53,588 nucleotides of DNA from assembly GCA_036172245.1 (NCBI GenBank), contig JAYWIR010000162.1, positions 1 through 53,588 on the forward strand, given 5' to 3'. Below the pieces are notes generated by a model. It worked only from the letters and a program-made list of their open reading frames with translations, was not told the origin of the DNA and made no database searches. Shown in pieces: positions 50,901-53,588 of the stretch (position 1 is its first letter; each line of letters opens with the position of its first letter). Position numbers and translations under genes: made by a program. The stretch is from Raillietiella orientalis. Taxonomy: Eukaryota.

Positions 50901-53588
50901 CTTCCGAGCATCCGAACGGATTCCTTTCCCCGTGGATGCAACGGCACCTTTATCACATCCCCACTTCCTCCGAATCTCTTGCTCCACGAGAAGAAATCAT
51001 AGGAGAACCGAACTAATTTCAAGATGGCAGGATTGGTGTTAGTCTGGTTTTCATGGCAACCATTTTTGCAATGAAGAGATGTAGTATTTTACCCTCCATC
51101 TTCCTTTTTTCTGTGCAAATTTGCAGTTTCTGGTGATTTGAAGACAATTTCTATAATGTCGATTACATCTTTAAGCTCCTTCCGAGCATCCGAACGGATT
51201 CCTTTCACCGTAGATGCAACGGCACCTTTATCACATCCCCGCTTCCTCCGAATCTCTTGCTCCACGTGAAGAAATCATAGGGAAACCGAACTAATTGCAA
51301 GATGGCAGGACAGGTTTTAGTCTGGTTCTCATGGCAATCATTTTTGCAAAGGAGAGATGAAGTTTTTTTCTCTCCATCTTCCTATTTTCAGTGCAAATTT
51401 GCAGTGTCTGGTGATTTGAAGACAATTTCTATAATGTCGATTACATCTTTAAGCTCCTTCCGAGCATCCGAACGGATTCCTTTCCCCGTGGATGCAAAGG
51501 CACCTTTATCACATCCCCACTTCCTCCGAATCTCTTGCTCCACGTGAAGAAATCATAGGAGAACCGAACTAATTGCAAGATGGCAGGACAGGTGTTAGTC
51601 TGGTTCTCATGGCAATTATTTTTGCAAAGGACAGATGAAGTTTTTTTCTGTCCATCTTCCTATTTTCAGTGCAAATTTGCAGTGTCTGCTGATGAATAAT
51701 CAATTTCTATAATGTCGATTACATCTTTAAGCTCCTTCCGAGCATCCGAACGGATTCCTTTCCCCGTGGATGCAACGGCACCTTTATCACATCCCCACTT
51801 CCTCCGAATCTCTTGCTCCACGAGAAGAAATCATAGGAGAACCGAACTAATTGCAAGATGGCAGGACAGGTGTTAGTCTGGTTCTCATGGCAATCATTTT
51901 TGCAAAGGACAGATGAAGTTTTTTTCTCTCCATCTTCCTATTTTCAGTGCAAATTTGCAGTGTCTGCTGATAAATAATCAATTTCTATAATGTCGATTAC
52001 ATCTTTAAGCTCCTTCCGAGCATCCGAACGGATTCCTTTCCCCGTGGATGCAACGGCACCTTTATCACATCCCCACTTCCTCCGAATCTCTTGCTCCACG
52101 AGAAGAAATCATAGGAGAACCGAACTAATTTCAAGATGGCAGGATTGGTGTTAGTCTGGTTTTCATGGCAACCATTTTTGCAATGAAGAGATGAAGTTTT
52201 TTACCCTCCATCTTCCTTTTTTCTGTGCAAATTTGCAGTTTCTGGTGATTTGAAGACAATTTCCATAATGTCGATTACATCTTTAAGCTCCTTCCGAGCA
52301 TCCGAACGGATTCCTTTCACCGTAGATGCAACGGCACCTTTATCACATCCCCGCTTCCTCGGAATCCCTTGCTCCAAGGGAAGAAATCATAGGAGAACCG
52401 AACTAATTTCAAGATGGCAGGATTGTTGTTAGTCTGGTTTTCATGGCAACCATTTTTGCAATGGAGAGATGAAGGTTTTTACCCTCCATCTTCCTTTTTT
52501 CAGTGCAAATTTGCAGTGTCTGCTGATATCTAATCAATTTCTATAATGTCGATTACATCTTTATGCTCCTTCCGAGCATTCGAACGGATTCCTTTCCCCG
52601 TGGATGCAACGGCACCTTTATCACATCCCCACTTCCTCCGAATCTCTTGCTCCACGAGAAGAAATCATAGGAGAACCGAACTAATTTCAAGATGGCAGCA
52701 TTGGTGTTAGTCTGGTTTTCATGGCAACCATTTTTGCAATAAAGAGATGTAGTATTTTACCCTCCATCTTCCTATTTTCAGTGCAAATTTGCAGTGTCTG
52801 GTGATTTGAAGACTATTTCTATAATGTCGATTACATCTTTAAGCTCCTTCCGAGCATCCGAACGGATTCCTTTCACCGTAGATGCAACGGCACCTTTATC
52901 ACATCCCCGCTTCCTCCGAATCTCTTGCTCCACGAGAAGAAATCATAGGAGAACCGAACTACTTGCAAGATGGCAGGAATGGTGTTAGCCTGGTTCTCAT
53001 GGCAATCATTTTTGAAAAGGACAGATGAAGTTTTTTTCTGTCCATCTTCCTATTTTCAGTGCAAATTTGCAGTGTCTGCTGATAAATAATCAATTTCCAT
53101 AATGTCGATTACATCTTTAAGCTCCTTCCGAGCATCCGAACGGATTCCTTTCCCCGTGGATGCAACGGCACCTTTATCACATCCCCACTTCCTCGGAATC
53201 CCTTGCTCCACGAGAAGAAATCATAGGAGAACCGAACTAATTTCAAGATGGCAGGATTGGTGTTAGTCTGGTTCTCATGGCAACCATTTTTGCAATCAAG
53301 AGATGTAGTATTTTACCCTCCATCTTCCTATTTTCAGTGCAAATTTGCAGTGTCTGGTGATTTGAAGACAATTTCTATAATGTCGATTTCATCTTTAAGC
53401 TCCTTCCGAGCATCCGAACGGATTGCTTTCACCGTAGATGCAACGGCACCTTTATCACATCCCTGCTTCCTCCGAATCTCTTGCTCCACGTGAAGAAATC
53501 ATAGGGAATCCGAACTAATTGCAGGATGGCAGGACAGGTTTTAGTCTGGTTCTCATGGCATTTATTTTTGCAAAGGACAGCTGAAGTT

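Larger units (their letters stand above)
1..53588. repeat. Tandem satellite DNA array, ~278-bp monomer, ~193 head-to-tail copies, open at both window ends
   Basis: The junction motif GAACTAATT(G/T)CAAGATGG(C/A)AGGA recurs every 275-279 bp across the window, with one 290-bp exception. Examples of monomer starts are 190, 468, 746, 1024 ... 53248. I saw no unique spacer, inversion or foreign insertion. Copy number is window length divided by 278. Confidence 0.99.
28809..53588. repeat. Right satellite subdomain (dominated by a ~555-bp C'-E dimer)
   Basis: Alleles seen only here: GCTGATGAATAATC, GAAGAGATGTAGTAT, ATAGGGAAACC, ACATGGTTCGG/CCCCATGG/CCCTAC, CAGTACAAAT, GTGCACATT, CTACTTGC and GGAATGG. 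Confidence 0.88.

Noticed and set aside
746..53493. Dozens of near-identical 60-111 aa ORFs (MAGLVLVWFSWQ...) as a tandem gene family
   Set aside because: They overlap the next monomer, 278 is not a multiple of 3, and many monomers carry stops or frameshifts. Variants are largely non-synonymous, there is no intergenic space, and I recognise no domain.
1..53588. CRISPR array or diversity-cassette system
   Set aside because: There are no unique spacers and variable sites have only a few recurring alleles. No cas, reverse transcriptase or recombinase gene is present in the window.
1..53588. rDNA/5S/tRNA/snRNA tandem gene array, or assignment to a named satellite, species or centromere
   Set aside because: I see no recognisable RNA-gene sequence or Pol III boxes. 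Taxon and centromere function cannot be determined from this sequence without a search or ChIP data.

Overview
The whole 53.6-kb window is one uninterrupted, head-to-tail tandem array of a ~278-bp satellite monomer (~193 copies, one orientation, ~43% GC in the copy I counted). It is most likely eukaryotic heterochromatic or (peri)centromeric satellite DNA; I do not recognise the family. I found no supportable genes, RNA genes, transposons or CRISPR arrays, and the ORF track is a by-product of the repeat. Monomers are mosaics of about 15 recurrent polymorphic sites, which I group informally into types. A: GGTGATTTGAAGAC/TTCACCGTAG/CAAGGG. B: GGTGATTTCAAGAC/CGTTCGG/CACGTG. C: CAATTAT/CTGTCC/GCTGATAAATAATC. 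D: GCTGATATCT(A/C)ATC/TTTATGCTCCCTCC. E: GAAGAGATGTAGTAT/CTGTGC/GTTTCTGG. The array switches abruptly between two variant domains at ~28.8 kb, each with its own irregular higher-order repeats (3- and 8/9-mers on the left; 2-, 4- and 5-mers on the right). The most intriguing, statistically untested pattern is that many type-defining substitutions create, perfect or compensate short inverted repeats. I also mapped unequal-exchange junctions, a 12-bp templated insertion, a local cluster of non-CpG C>T/G>A changes and a possibly over-polished block. I cannot claim a new biological system from this sequence alone.
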